From NCBI GenBank assembly GCA_050949565.1, contig JBMNFY010000010.1, positions 352,611 through 416,610 on the forward strand: a stretch of DNA of 64,000 bases. The letters are read 5' to 3'. Positions within the stretch are counted from its first letter, which is position 1, and each line of letters starts with the position of its first letter. Both the position numbers and the translations under genes were made by a program. This document shows, piece after piece, positions 1 to 9,212 of the stretch. The notes beneath the pieces are model-generated. The model saw only the letters and a list, made by a program, of their open reading frames with translations. It was not told where the DNA came from and made no database searches. The DNA is from Kiritimatiellia bacterium. Its GTDB lineage: Bacteria; Verrucomicrobiota; Kiritimatiellia; RFP12; UBA1067.

Positions 1-458
1 GTGTCGAAGTAGACGCGGGAGAGGCGCACGAGGGCTTTGCGCCCGACGGGGTTGCCGCGCTGTTCTTCGGCGAGGCGCGCGAGGATGGCCTCGGCTTCGG
101 TGTGCTCGCCCCTGAACTTGTGGTAGCAGGCGACGTGCAGGTCGGACTCGCCGCGCCACGGGTCGGCGGGGTGGGCGGCGGAGAAGGCGAGCATGGCGGC
201 GCGGGCCTCGTCCCAGCGGTGGGCGTTCCAGAGCGTCATGCAGGCGCCGAAGGCTTCGTTGCCGACGGCCGAGAAGCGGGCGGGGTCTTCGGTGGTCGGG
301 CTGAGCGCCCCGCCGTGCTCGCCGGACTCTTTCACGGCGGCGGTGGTGAAGTGCCCGGGGCGCGCGGTGCGGGCGAGCGCGCGTTTGGGCTGGGCGGCGG
401 ATGAAACGCCGGCCAGCAGCAGTGACGAAACAAGGACGAGTGTGTTGATTGATTTCAT
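1..458 (-). CDS. Secreted TPR-like protein, 5' part only (runs off the window start; not in the ORF track)
   Basis: ATG at 458 overlaps the TGA of the upstream gene (ATGA). Translation MKSINTLVLVSSLLLAGVSSAAQ... is signal-peptide-like, followed by helical TPR-like segments (WDEARAAMLAFSAAHPADPW, EAEAILARLAEE, ALVRLSRVYF). Frame is open to base 1. Confidence 0.7.
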   Translation of the reverse strand, partial: MKSINTLVLVSSLLLAGVSSAAQPKRALARTARPGHFTTAAVKESGEHGGALSPTTEDPARFSAVGNEAFGACMTLWNAHRWDEARAAMLAFSAAHPADPWRGESDLHVACYHKFRGEHTEAEAILARLAEEQRGNPVGRKALVRLSRVYFD

Positions 459-2947
459 GGCAGGGTGGCTCCTTGGGCCGGATGGATGATTGTAAAAGCG
501 GCTGAACTTTGGACGGGGGTAGCGGGATCGGCGGGGGCGGGGTCGAGTATGTCCAGCAATCCGTCGCCGTCCGTGTCGGCCATACTGTCGTGGATGTTGG
601 GATCGGTGCCCATGGCCGCTTCTTCGTTGTCCGGTATGCCGTCGCCGTCGGTGTCGGCGATGCCGTCCGCCGGGTCGAACGGGTCGGTGCCGTGGACAAG
701 GATTTCATCGCCGTCCGGTATGCCGTCGCCGTCGGTGTCCGGTGTTGTCGGGTCGGTGCCGAGAAACCATTCTTCCCGGTCTCCGACGCCGTCATGGTCG
801 CTGTCGGGGTCATGCGGGTTGGTGCCGATGTGGTATTCCTCAAGGTTCGTCAGCCCGTCGCCGTCCGGGTCGAGGCCTGCGTCGGACGGATCCAGCGGGG
901 CCAGGCCGTGCCTGCTCTCCCAGCCGTCGGGCATGCCATCGTTGTCGGTGTCCCATTTCAGGGGATTGGTGGTCGTGCCGAGGCAATAGGTGATCACGTC
1001 GCCGGAAACGGCTGCATCTTGAGTGTTGAAAGCGACCGGCAGATTGCATTTCCGGCCTCCGGTTTGGGCGCCGAGGGTTGCGCCGCGCCCGTCCGCAATG
1101 CCGCGCATATCGGTGTAATGCACTGACACAATGTTTGAAATTCCTTGGGGGATGGCGATCTGTAGGGTCAGCAAATCGTTTGTAGTGGCCGCCCTGATTT
1201 TCAAATTACGGTATTCAATGACACAGTAACGGTTGCCGTTGGTCATCACATCGGCAACGGTTATTTGCGAGCCCAGTGTGGACGGGTCGGCGGAAAGATC
1301 GTCCCAATAGGCGGCGATATAGGTGTGCGCCGTGGAAATCCGCCAATTAGTCAGATTCTGGTTGTTGTTGCCCGGCATGTCAGCATAGTATGGCCGGATG
1401 GGATTGAGCAGGCCGACGATGCCGTTCACGCTGACGGCGGCGTTTGTAGAGGTCACCCCCGCGATGCGGACGGGGAACGGCAGGGGAACGGTAAAATATT
1501 GGTCGTTATAGGTCATGGTGGCGGACAGCAGGTTCGTTCCGTCGGAAACGTCGAACCGAGCGGCTTGACCGTGCGCGACGCCGAACCACCCGATCTCGTC
1601 GCCGTCCGTTAGCCCGTCGCCATCGGTGTCGGGGTCGTGCGGGTCGGTGCCGGCACGGAACTCGGCAATGTTGGGCAGGCCGTCCCCGTCTGGGTCACCG
1701 TCTGCGCCGTCATTGCCAGAAGCGGAAAGCGGGTCTAGAGCGTTGTCAACCTCCCACTTGTCCGTCATGCCGTCGCCGTCGGTGTCGGGGTTCGTCGGCG
1801 AAGTGCCATGTACCCACTTCTCATTGGCGTCGGTCAGCCCGTCGCCGTCGGTGTCGGCGAGGTCGGCGAGGCGGAAGAAGCCGGTGTCCGTCAGCCAGAC
1901 GGCATTGGTGCAGATGGTGTTGGTATGCGTGACACCGGGAGCGTAGGCAGAGGGCGCGGTGTTTGTGACGCACGCGGGTGCCGGGGCCGCCGGCGGCGGG
2001 GGCAGGTCAGCGCGGGGGATGACAAGATCGACCCCGGCCGCATCGGGATCGACCGCGACCCGCCACGGGTTCGTCCAGGCGGACGCAGTCAGGGACGGGG
2101 TGAAGAAGATGTCCAGCGCGCCGCCGGCGAGCACTGTGCCCGTGGGCCATGCAGCGGAGAGCGCGACGCCGTTCGTGCCTGAAGCGATGCCGGTAAAGGC
2201 CAGCCCGGTCAACGTGGTCGGCGAGCGCGTCGGCGCACCGGCCGCCGTGCTCTGCCGGTCCGCCGCCATGCCGGAACGGTAGTCATCGAGATCTTCGCGG
2301 AGGAGGAAAACGAACGTCATCTCGGTGTGCGACGGCAGAAAATACTGCCGCGTGGACAACCACGCTGAACGGTAAAAGCCCCAGTCCGGCGTCTGCGCGC
2401 GGCGGGAGGGCCTTGCCAGCAAATCTTGATACACCCGCTCGGTATCGAAGAAGTCTGGAGCCGTGCCATCGACGCTGTGAAGTTTGGCGATCCAGTCCGG
2501 CGTGTAGACGGCGGCGTCGGCGGTGACCGACCAGAAGGCATCCCCGGCCGCGTTGTAAAAGAGCACGTCGCCGCTGAGGTCGTCCGCGCACAGGGTCGCG
2601 CGCCACGCCTCGACGCCGTTGACCTCTTCCGGCAGGAGCCCCGCGAGAAATTCTGGCGGGAACCCTGGCGCCGCAACGTCCAGAGGAATGACGCCGCCGT
2701 CCAGCCTGACCCGCCGCTTTGGATCCGGCATGAGCATGCCCGCGCCTCGCGCCAGCTCACGCTCCAGCTTCAGCACCATCTCTAGCGGCGTGGCGGGCGT
2801 CTTGTGCGCAGAAGCGGGCCGGGAGGCGGGTGTCCCCGCCGGAGTCGCGCTCTCTTCGCCCTGCGCCACAAACCAAAAGCTCAAGGTAAACAACGTGCAG
2901 GAAATCACTGCGTATCGAGCCAACACAAAACCGTCCGTCTTTTCCAC
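455..2947 (-). CDS. Large secreted protein with many Ca-binding DTDGDG (thrombospondin type-3-like) repeats and a central nidogen-like domain
   Basis: 830 aa ORF; hydrophobic N-terminus; >10 D[TS]DGDG[LMI].D..E repeats in two blocks; central LPFP...NG...IAAYWDDL segment typical of NIDO-like domains. Confidence 0.8.
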   Translation of the reverse strand: MEKTDGFVLARYAVISCTLFTLSFWFVAQGEESATPAGTPASRPASAHKTPATPLEMVLKLERELARGAGMLMPDPKRRVRLDGGVIPLDVAAPGFPPEFLAGLLPEEVNGVEAWRATLCADDLSGDVLFYNAAGDAFWSVTADAAVYTPDWIAKLHSVDGTAPDFFDTERVYQDLLARPSRRAQTPDWGFYRSAWLSTRQYFLPSHTEMTFVFLLREDLDDYRSGMAADRQSTAAGAPTRSPTTLTGLAFTGIASGTNGVALSAAWPTGTVLAGGALDIFFTPSLTASAWTNPWRVAVDPDAAGVDLVIPRADLPPPPAAPAPACVTNTAPSAYAPGVTHTNTICTNAVWLTDTGFFRLADLADTDGDGLTDANEKWVHGTSPTNPDTDGDGMTDKWEVDNALDPLSASGNDGADGDPDGDGLPNIAEFRAGTDPHDPDTDGDGLTDGDEIGWFGVAHGQAARFDVSDGTNLLSATMTYNDQYFTVPLPFPVRIAGVTSTNAAVSVNGIVGLLNPIRPYYADMPGNNNQNLTNWRISTAHTYIAAYWDDLSADPSTLGSQITVADVMTNGNRYCVIEYRNLKIRAATTNDLLTLQIAIPQGISNIVSVHYTDMRGIADGRGATLGAQTGGRKCNLPVAFNTQDAAVSGDVITYCLGTTTNPLKWDTDNDGMPDGWESRHGLAPLDPSDAGLDPDGDGLTNLEEYHIGTNPHDPDSDHDGVGDREEWFLGTDPTTPDTDGDGIPDGDEILVHGTDPFDPADGIADTDGDGIPDNEEAAMGTDPNIHDSMADTDGDGLLDILDPAPADPATPVQSSAAFTIIHPAQGATLP

Positions 2948-3010
2948 GACAAACCTCCGCCTCAGGGCTGAAAGAGAAAAACGCCACCATCGCTGAGTTA
3001 ATTCACTAGA

Positions 3011-3038
3011 AGTTTACGCTATTCGCGGGAGGTGTCAA
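3011..3038 (-). promoter_or_regulatory. Putative sigma70 promoter for the DTDGDG-repeat gene
   Basis: Minus strand TTGACA (3038-3033), 16 nt, TAAACT (3016-3011). Confidence 0.5.
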
Positions 3039-3070
3039 CCGATATGCCCGGGAGCAAAATCACAGTGCCC

Positions 3071-3100
3071 TTGATTCTTTGCGTCCTTTTCCCGTATACT
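3071..3100 (+). promoter_or_regulatory. Putative sigma70 promoter for the beta-helix gene
   Basis: TTGATT-N18-TATACT, then a GGAGG RBS before GTG 3126. Confidence 0.5.
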
Positions 3101-3125
3101 AGAGCTGCTAAGTTATCAGGGAGGC

Positions 3126-5726
3126 GTGGAGCGTCGGATGAAACGGTTTCGAAGAAAAATGGTTTGCGGAGTGGCAGGGGTTCTGTTGTTCGCGGGGTGT
3201 CGGTCTGACAAGGGTGGGGACTTTCAGGCGGATGCGCTTAAGGACAGTGTCACGTTTTATGTCTCAACCAAGGGCAATGATGCCTGGTCCGGCAGTTTGC
3301 CCAAGCCGAACTGGACGGGAACGGATGGGCCATTCGCCACAGTGACCCGCGCGCGTGATGCCGTCCGTGCGCTGAAAGCGTCATCAGGACCGCTCTCGGT
3401 ACCGGTGACGGTTCTGTTGCGCGGGGGCCGCTACTACGTCACCGAACCGCTCCGGTTCGGGGCTGAAGACTCGGGAACCGAATCGTGTCCGGTCACGTAC
3501 GCCGCATACCGAAGGGAAATGCCCGAGCTGATCGGCGGTCGGCAATTGACTGGATTCCAACCGACGGAAAATGGACAAGTGTCGCTCACGCTGACTGAGG
3601 TCAAGGCCGGGACGTGGACGTTCCGGTCGCTGTTCGTCAACGACGAGCGGCAGGTCCGGGCACGCTTTCCGAATATCGACCCTGCCGACCCATATCGGCG
3701 GGGCTTCTTGTACAACGGCGTCCGCAGTGGGTTGGGGAATGTGGTCGGTTGCATCCATAACGCCGGCGATTGGATGGAGTACAAGATGACGGTTCCTGCC
3801 GCTGGCGATTACACCTTCTGGATGTTTTACGCGGCGATGAACAACAACCCTTCAATGAAGGCAGGCATGTCGGAGCGCACCGAATTGATCGTGGACAACG
3901 GCACGCCGATCCCGCTGCGGAACCTGCCCGATACGGGTGGGTGGAGCACCTTCAAATGGAGCGCCGTCGCGACCGTCACACTGACGCCCGGTGAGCACGT
4001 CATGCGTTGGCGGAATGTGAAGGGCGGGGGGCTGAATCTGGTGGCCTATGCGTTCTGCAACGATCCGGCCTGGAAACCCGTAGACGAGACTCCGTCAGCC
4101 GTCGACGCCGGACGCCATCTCATTTTGGTCAGGGCGGCCGATTTCGTCGCCTCGCAAGGGAAGCAGTTGGCGGTGAGTGGCTTCAGTGGTAAGAAATCGG
4201 CCACCCTGATCTCGTGTCCGCCCGATGTCTTCAAGCCCGCTTGGTTGGCGCCCGACGTTGAACTCCACATCTACCAGTCTGGCTCGTGCCGGGCGTTCAT
4301 GGAGATTGTTTCGATCCAGAGCTATGATCCTGTAACCCATGACATCAAGCTGCAGGGCCCGGAGTGTCTGGCACCGCTGGCGGCGGGGGACCGCTATTAC
4401 GTAGAAAATGTCTTTGAGGAACTCGACAGCCCCGGCGAGTGGTATTTGAATCGGCAGACCGGCGTTCTAAGCTACATGCCCAAACCGGGCTTCACGGAAA
4501 AATCCGAAGTGATCGCGCCGACAGTGAAGCGGATTTTTGACATTCAGGGAGTAGACGGGAAGACGCCGGTGACGTACCTGCGCCTATCCGGACTGACTCT
4601 CCGCTGCACGGATTGGGAACTGGGTGATGGTAGTGCCGGGTACGGCATGGGCAGTGACGGGGTGGTCTGTCTCGGAAATGCCGAGGGTTGCGTAGTGGAA
4701 AACTGCGAGTTCCGCAATACCGGGAAATATGCGGTGTGTATCAAGGGCGGTCGCAGAAACCGTGTCGAGGGGTGCGAGATCGCGCACAGTGGTAGCGGCG
4801 GTGTGCTGATCCTCGACAGTTCCGGCAACACGGTGACCGACAACCATGTCCACCACTGCGGCGAGGGTTATAAGCACAACGGCGGCGTAGTCTTGCAAGG
4901 CCCCCAGTCATCCGGGAATACGGTCTCTCACAATGCGATCCATGACACGTCGCGCTACGGCATTTCGCTGAAGAACGCCGGGAGCACCAACGTGGTGGAA
5001 TACAACCGGGTTCAGAACACCAATCTGGAAACGTACGACACCGGCGGCATCGAAGTCACCCAGGGGAACCGCGACTTCCGCTCCGGCAGCGTCATCCGCG
5101 GTAATCTGGTCGCCGATACGATCGGGTATTCCTCAACCGGCGACAAGCCCTGCTTTATGTCGTGGGGTATCTATCTGGATTCGTTCGCCGGCGGATACGA
5201 GGTGACCGGAAATATCACCTACCGGAATTCGCACGGCGGAATCATGCTGCAGGGCGGTAAGGACAATCGCGTGACGAACAACATTTTCGTGGACAGCCGT
5301 CAGATGCAGGGGCTCCTCGCCAACTATATCGACAACTCACGCGGCCAAGTGTTGGAGCGCAACATCTTTTACTGGGCCATCCCTGACGCCGTCTTGTATG
5401 CCACCGGCAAGCTCGTGACCCCGGAGGTCGTCCGAGTCGACCGCAACCTGATTTATCAGGTCGGTGCCGCAGAGCCGCGTGTCGGGTGGGGTGGGGGGAT
5501 GTCCTTCGCCGACTGGCAGGCGCGCGGGTTCGACAAGCACTCGGTGTATGCCGATCCGCTCTTTGCCGATCCGGCCAAAGACGATTACGCGCTGCGTCCC
5601 GACTCCCCGGCGTTCAAACTGGGGTTTGTGCCCATCGACGTCAGCAAAATCGGCCCGGTCAAGCGGCGCTGTTCCTGCTCGACCATTCCGGCGGGGCCGC
5701 TGTTCTGGCCGAGAGAGAGTGAATAA
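3126..5726 (+). CDS. Lipoprotein with a right-handed parallel beta-helix (GH141/pectin-lyase-like) and an inserted CBM6/35-like module
   Basis: Lipobox FAGC; FYVS..GND.WSG...DGPFAT N-terminal motif; GDWMEY...TGGW...GEH CBM signature; ELDSPGEWY; repeated N..HN/GIYLD beta-helix turns. Confidence 0.8.
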   Translation: MERRMKRFRRKMVCGVAGVLLFAGCRSDKGGDFQADALKDSVTFYVSTKGNDAWSGSLPKPNWTGTDGPFATVTRARDAVRALKASSGPLSVPVTVLLRGGRYYVTEPLRFGAEDSGTESCPVTYAAYRREMPELIGGRQLTGFQPTENGQVSLTLTEVKAGTWTFRSLFVNDERQVRARFPNIDPADPYRRGFLYNGVRSGLGNVVGCIHNAGDWMEYKMTVPAAGDYTFWMFYAAMNNNPSMKAGMSERTELIVDNGTPIPLRNLPDTGGWSTFKWSAVATVTLTPGEHVMRWRNVKGGGLNLVAYAFCNDPAWKPVDETPSAVDAGRHLILVRAADFVASQGKQLAVSGFSGKKSATLISCPPDVFKPAWLAPDVELHIYQSGSCRAFMEIVSIQSYDPVTHDIKLQGPECLAPLAAGDRYYVENVFEELDSPGEWYLNRQTGVLSYMPKPGFTEKSEVIAPTVKRIFDIQGVDGKTPVTYLRLSGLTLRCTDWELGDGSAGYGMGSDGVVCLGNAEGCVVENCEFRNTGKYAVCIKGGRRNRVEGCEIAHSGSGGVLILDSSGNTVTDNHVHHCGEGYKHNGGVVLQGPQSSGNTVSHNAIHDTSRYGISLKNAGSTNVVEYNRVQNTNLETYDTGGIEVTQGNRDFRSGSVIRGNLVADTIGYSSTGDKPCFMSWGIYLDSFAGGYEVTGNITYRNSHGGIMLQGGKDNRVTNNIFVDSRQMQGLLANYIDNSRGQVLERNIFYWAIPDAVLYATGKLVTPEVVRVDRNLIYQVGAAEPRVGWGGGMSFADWQARGFDKHSVYADPLFADPAKDDYALRPDSPAFKLGFVPIDVSKIGPVKRRCSCSTIPAGPLFWPRESE

Positions 5727-5820
5727 TTAATAACGAATAGCGAATAACGGAGTGAAAAAACTCCTAACTCCTAACTCCTAACTCCTAAATGGTAACCCCG
5801 TGCATCGCGCGGCGGTTACC
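5727..5820. repeat. Heptamer tandem repeats (ACGAATA-like, CTCCTAA x4) plus a GGTAACC...GGTTACC hairpin between convergent genes
   Basis: ctcctaactcctaactcctaactcctaa at 5761-5788; inverted repeat at 5791-5820. Confidence 0.75.
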
Positions 5821-6595
5821 CCTTCACGATGCCGACCTTGTGCAGGTCGAAATCCTTGGGAGCGATCGGTGAGAGCGAGTCGGGCCGGTGGGTCTTTGGG
5901 AAGGGCATGTCCACTGTGGGCTTGAGCCAGCGGATGCCGTTCGCCAAAACCTTGAGCACCTCCGCTTGATGGAAGGTGGGAAAGGCTTCATGGCCGGGAC
6001 GGAAGTAGAACATGCGTCCGAAGCCGCGCTGCAACGTGAAGCCGCTGCGGAACACCTCGCCGCCCTCGAACCACGACATGAAGATCACATGCGCGTCACC
6101 GGCGATCATAAAGGGCTCGCCGTACATCTCCTCGTAGGGGATGTCGAAGTGCTCGGGTATGCCGGCGGCGATCGGGTGCGCGGGATCGACGCACCAGACG
6201 CGCTCCAGTTCCCCGACCTCCCGCCAGTGCAGTTTGCCGCTGGTGCCGTTCAACTCGCGGAAGATCTTGGACATATGTCCCGAGTGCATCACCAGCAGCC
6301 CCATGCCGTCCCACACGCGCTGGCGCACCCGCGCCACGATGGCGTCATCTACCTTGTCGTGCGCCGCGTGTCCCCACCAGAGCAGCACGTCCGTGGCATC
6401 CAGCACATCCTGCGTGAGGCCGTGTTCCGGCTCCTGCAGCGTGGCGGTGCGGATCACGAGATCCGGCGCGGCCAGACTTTTGGCAAGGCTGCCGTGGATA
6501 CCGCCGGGATAAAGCACAGCGACCGACGGCTCTTGCTGTTCGTGAACATTCTCGTTCCAGATTGTGACTCGGATGGGGGTAGTTGTTTTCTGCAT
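5816..6595 (-). CDS. thuA: ThuA-domain (trehalose utilisation) protein
   Basis: [54 protein letters not shown] motifs. Confidence 0.88.
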   Translation of the reverse strand: MQKTTTPIRVTIWNENVHEQQEPSVAVLYPGGIHGSLAKSLAAPDLVIRTATLQEPEHGLTQDVLDATDVLLWWGHAAHDKVDDAIVARVRQRVWDGMGLLVMHSGHMSKIFRELNGTSGKLHWREVGELERVWCVDPAHPIAAGIPEHFDIPYEEMYGEPFMIAGDAHVIFMSWFEGGEVFRSGFTLQRGFGRMFYFRPGHEAFPTFHQAEVLKVLANGIRWLKPTVDMPFPKTHRPDSLSPIAPKDFDLHKVGIVKG

Positions 6596-6895
6596 GACAG
6601 GCTCCTTAGCTTGATGTGGTCATTGTGACACAAGCGCGACACATGGGCAAGTCGTGTTTTGACTTTCCCAAAACTGCCTTTCCGGTTGCCTTTTCCGGCT
6701 TGCCTCAAAACGTAAATCTGGTTACGCTCCTCTTTAGTCGCGCGTGTGCAAGATACGTTTGTCTCCCTCCCGTTTTTCCACATGAAGGAAGTGTACTTCA
6801 ACGCGTGGCCGCTTTCAAAACTTTAGGTGTTGCGCTGGCCGGTCGTGCGCGCGGCGTAATCTGCGGATTCAAAAGGAGCAATCCTGGGAGGGGAC

Positions 6896-9136
6896 ATGCC
6901 TAACATGTCACGTGTTTTGTTTGTCGGTATTTTGGTCGTGGGCTTCGTCGTCCTGTTTGCAGCGTGCAAGGATCTCGAAAAACGGGAGCAGGTGACAACG
7001 CGAAGCGGTGTGCGCGAGGAGACCGCTGTCAAAGAGGCAGAGACGACTGCGGAGCAAGAAGGACCTGCCGATACCGGTGCCGACACACTGCCACCGGTCG
7101 AGACGTTAACGCTCTGGCCGTCCGATCTGTGCGACGTAAAGCCGACGGGCGGCGGCAGCGTCGAAGTCGATGCAGACCGGATCGTGCATGTTGTCACCGG
7201 CGCCAGCAAAAGCAATCCTTGGACGGGTGCATCGGTGTTCTTCAAAGCGGGTGAGATGGATCTTGCGGAGTACGGCCCGCTACGTGTCACGGTCAGCAAC
7301 GCTGCAGAGCGTGCGCTGACCATCCAACTGGGTGTTAGAAACCGCAATCAGAAGGGCAGTTCACCGCACAATTGCACAAGGCTGGCACCGGGAGCGGTCG
7401 GCGTGATCAAGATCAACCTGCGCAAAATCCCTTGGGTACTCGACCGCCCGCTTGAGTTGGTCGGCATGCAGGACTATCCCGCCGCGTTTGAGGGCGGTTC
7501 CTTCAATGTGCGCAAGACCGCCTCGCTACATATCTTCCTCTACGCGCCTGAAACGCCGACGCATTTCGCGATCCTCAGGGCCGAAGTGGACAAAGTGCCG
7601 TTGACCTTTCTTAAGGCCGATACCTTCCTGCCGTTCGTCGACCGCTTCGGCCAGTTCATCCACGACGATTGGCCGGGAAAAATCCATGACGAGGCTGAGC
7701 TTCAGCAGGCCAAGGAGCGGGAGGCGGCATGGCTCGCCGCCAATGCCGAAGGGCCGACCAAGAATCGCAACGCCTGGGGCGGATGGACCGCCGGCCCGCA
7801 ACTCAAGGCGACCGGGCACTTCCGTACTGAGAAAATCGACGGCATGTGGTGGCTGGTGGACCCTGTCGGACGGCTCTTCTTTTCGCACGGTGTCGATTGC
7901 GTGACGGTGACGTATGGCGGCGATGCCATGACCCCAATCACGCACCGCGAAAACTACTTCGCGTGGTTGCCGGAAAAGGGGGCGCCTTTTGAAGCGTTTT
8001 ACGCCAAAGACACCTCTTCAAGCGGCTTCTACAAGGACAAAGGCACTTTCCAGACTTTCAATTTTGCCGGAGCAAACCTGCTACGCAAATATGGCGAGAC
8101 TTGGGCTGACCAGTATGCCGATCTAGCGCACCGCCGCCTTCGCGCTTGGGGGCTGAACACAATGGGCAGTTGGTCCGACACCAGGCTTTCCTGCCAACGT
8201 CGCACGCCCTACACTGTGAGTCTGGGCTCCGGCGGCCCGCGCATCCACGGAACCGGAATCCCGGATCCATTCGCGCCTGAATTTGGCGGCAAAATCCTGC
8301 GGCAACGTACCTCGCACAGCGATCCATGGTGCATCGGGTATTTTGTGGACAATGAGCCGCCTTGGGGCCAGAATGACCGCGCCATGGCGTTAGCCACCTT
8401 GCGCTCACCCGCCACGCAGCCGGTCAAGATCGCCTTCCGCGACTGGCTGGCGGGGCGATATGCGACAGTCACCGCGCTGAACGCTGCATGGGGCACCACC
8501 TTCGATACGTGGGACGCCTTTCTCGCCAGCACCAACTCACCCCCATCAGGGCAAAGTAGCGACGCGGACCTGGAAGCCTTCAACACCCAGATCGCCGAGC
8601 AGTATTTCCGCGTCATCCGCGAGACACTCAAAGCGGTCGCGCCGGACAAGCTCTATCTCGGCTGCCGTTTGTTGCGTGATACCAGTGTTCGGGCGCCGGG
8701 TGTTTTCCGCGCTGCCGCAAAGTATTGCGATGTCGTGGGCATCAACTGCTATGGGCGGCAGGTGGGCGAAGACCTGCCCGAGGGGAGCGAGGACAAGCCG
8801 ATGATCAACGGCGAGTTCCACTTTGGTGCGCTTGACCGCGGCGGATTCCATGCCGGTGTGTTCTCCGCCCGGAACCAAGCGGAACGCGCCGCCTGTTATG
8901 TCGCTTACGTTGAATCGTTCCTGCGCCATCCGCGGTATGTCGGCACCCACTGGTTCCAATGGCGCGATCAGGCGCTGACCGGGCGCATTGCCGGCGCCGA
9001 AAACTATCAGTGCGGCTTCTTGACGGTCACCGACCAGCCCTACCCCGAGTTAGTCGAAGCCGTCCGCAAGATCGGCGCGACGATGTATGCGACACGGACG
9101 CGCTTCAGCACAAACCGCAAGACAGCGGCGCCGTGA
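6896..9136 (+). CDS. GH50 beta-agarase-like glycoside hydrolase, lipoprotein
   Basis: Lipobox FAAC; VDRFGQ..DWPGK, ATGHFRTEK..WWLVDP, GYFVDNE, GEFHFGALDRG, VGTHWFQW.DQ, ENY..G motifs. Confidence 0.85.
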   Translation: MPNMSRVLFVGILVVGFVVLFAACKDLEKREQVTTRSGVREETAVKEAETTAEQEGPADTGADTLPPVETLTLWPSDLCDVKPTGGGSVEVDADRIVHVVTGASKSNPWTGASVFFKAGEMDLAEYGPLRVTVSNAAERALTIQLGVRNRNQKGSSPHNCTRLAPGAVGVIKINLRKIPWVLDRPLELVGMQDYPAAFEGGSFNVRKTASLHIFLYAPETPTHFAILRAEVDKVPLTFLKADTFLPFVDRFGQFIHDDWPGKIHDEAELQQAKEREAAWLAANAEGPTKNRNAWGGWTAGPQLKATGHFRTEKIDGMWWLVDPVGRLFFSHGVDCVTVTYGGDAMTPITHRENYFAWLPEKGAPFEAFYAKDTSSSGFYKDKGTFQTFNFAGANLLRKYGETWADQYADLAHRRLRAWGLNTMGSWSDTRLSCQRRTPYTVSLGSGGPRIHGTGIPDPFAPEFGGKILRQRTSHSDPWCIGYFVDNEPPWGQNDRAMALATLRSPATQPVKIAFRDWLAGRYATVTALNAAWGTTFDTWDAFLASTNSPPSGQSSDADLEAFNTQIAEQYFRVIRETLKAVAPDKLYLGCRLLRDTSVRAPGVFRAAAKYCDVVGINCYGRQVGEDLPEGSEDKPMINGEFHFGALDRGGFHAGVFSARNQAERAACYVAYVESFLRHPRYVGTHWFQWRDQALTGRIAGAENYQCGFLTVTDQPYPELVEAVRKIGATMYATRTRFSTNRKTAAP

Positions 9137-9212
9137 GTCATTAAAACGCCGAAAGCTGAACGCTCAACTTCTGGTAGAATCGTGGCCGATCTGCTATGGT
9201 TGATCCCCATCT

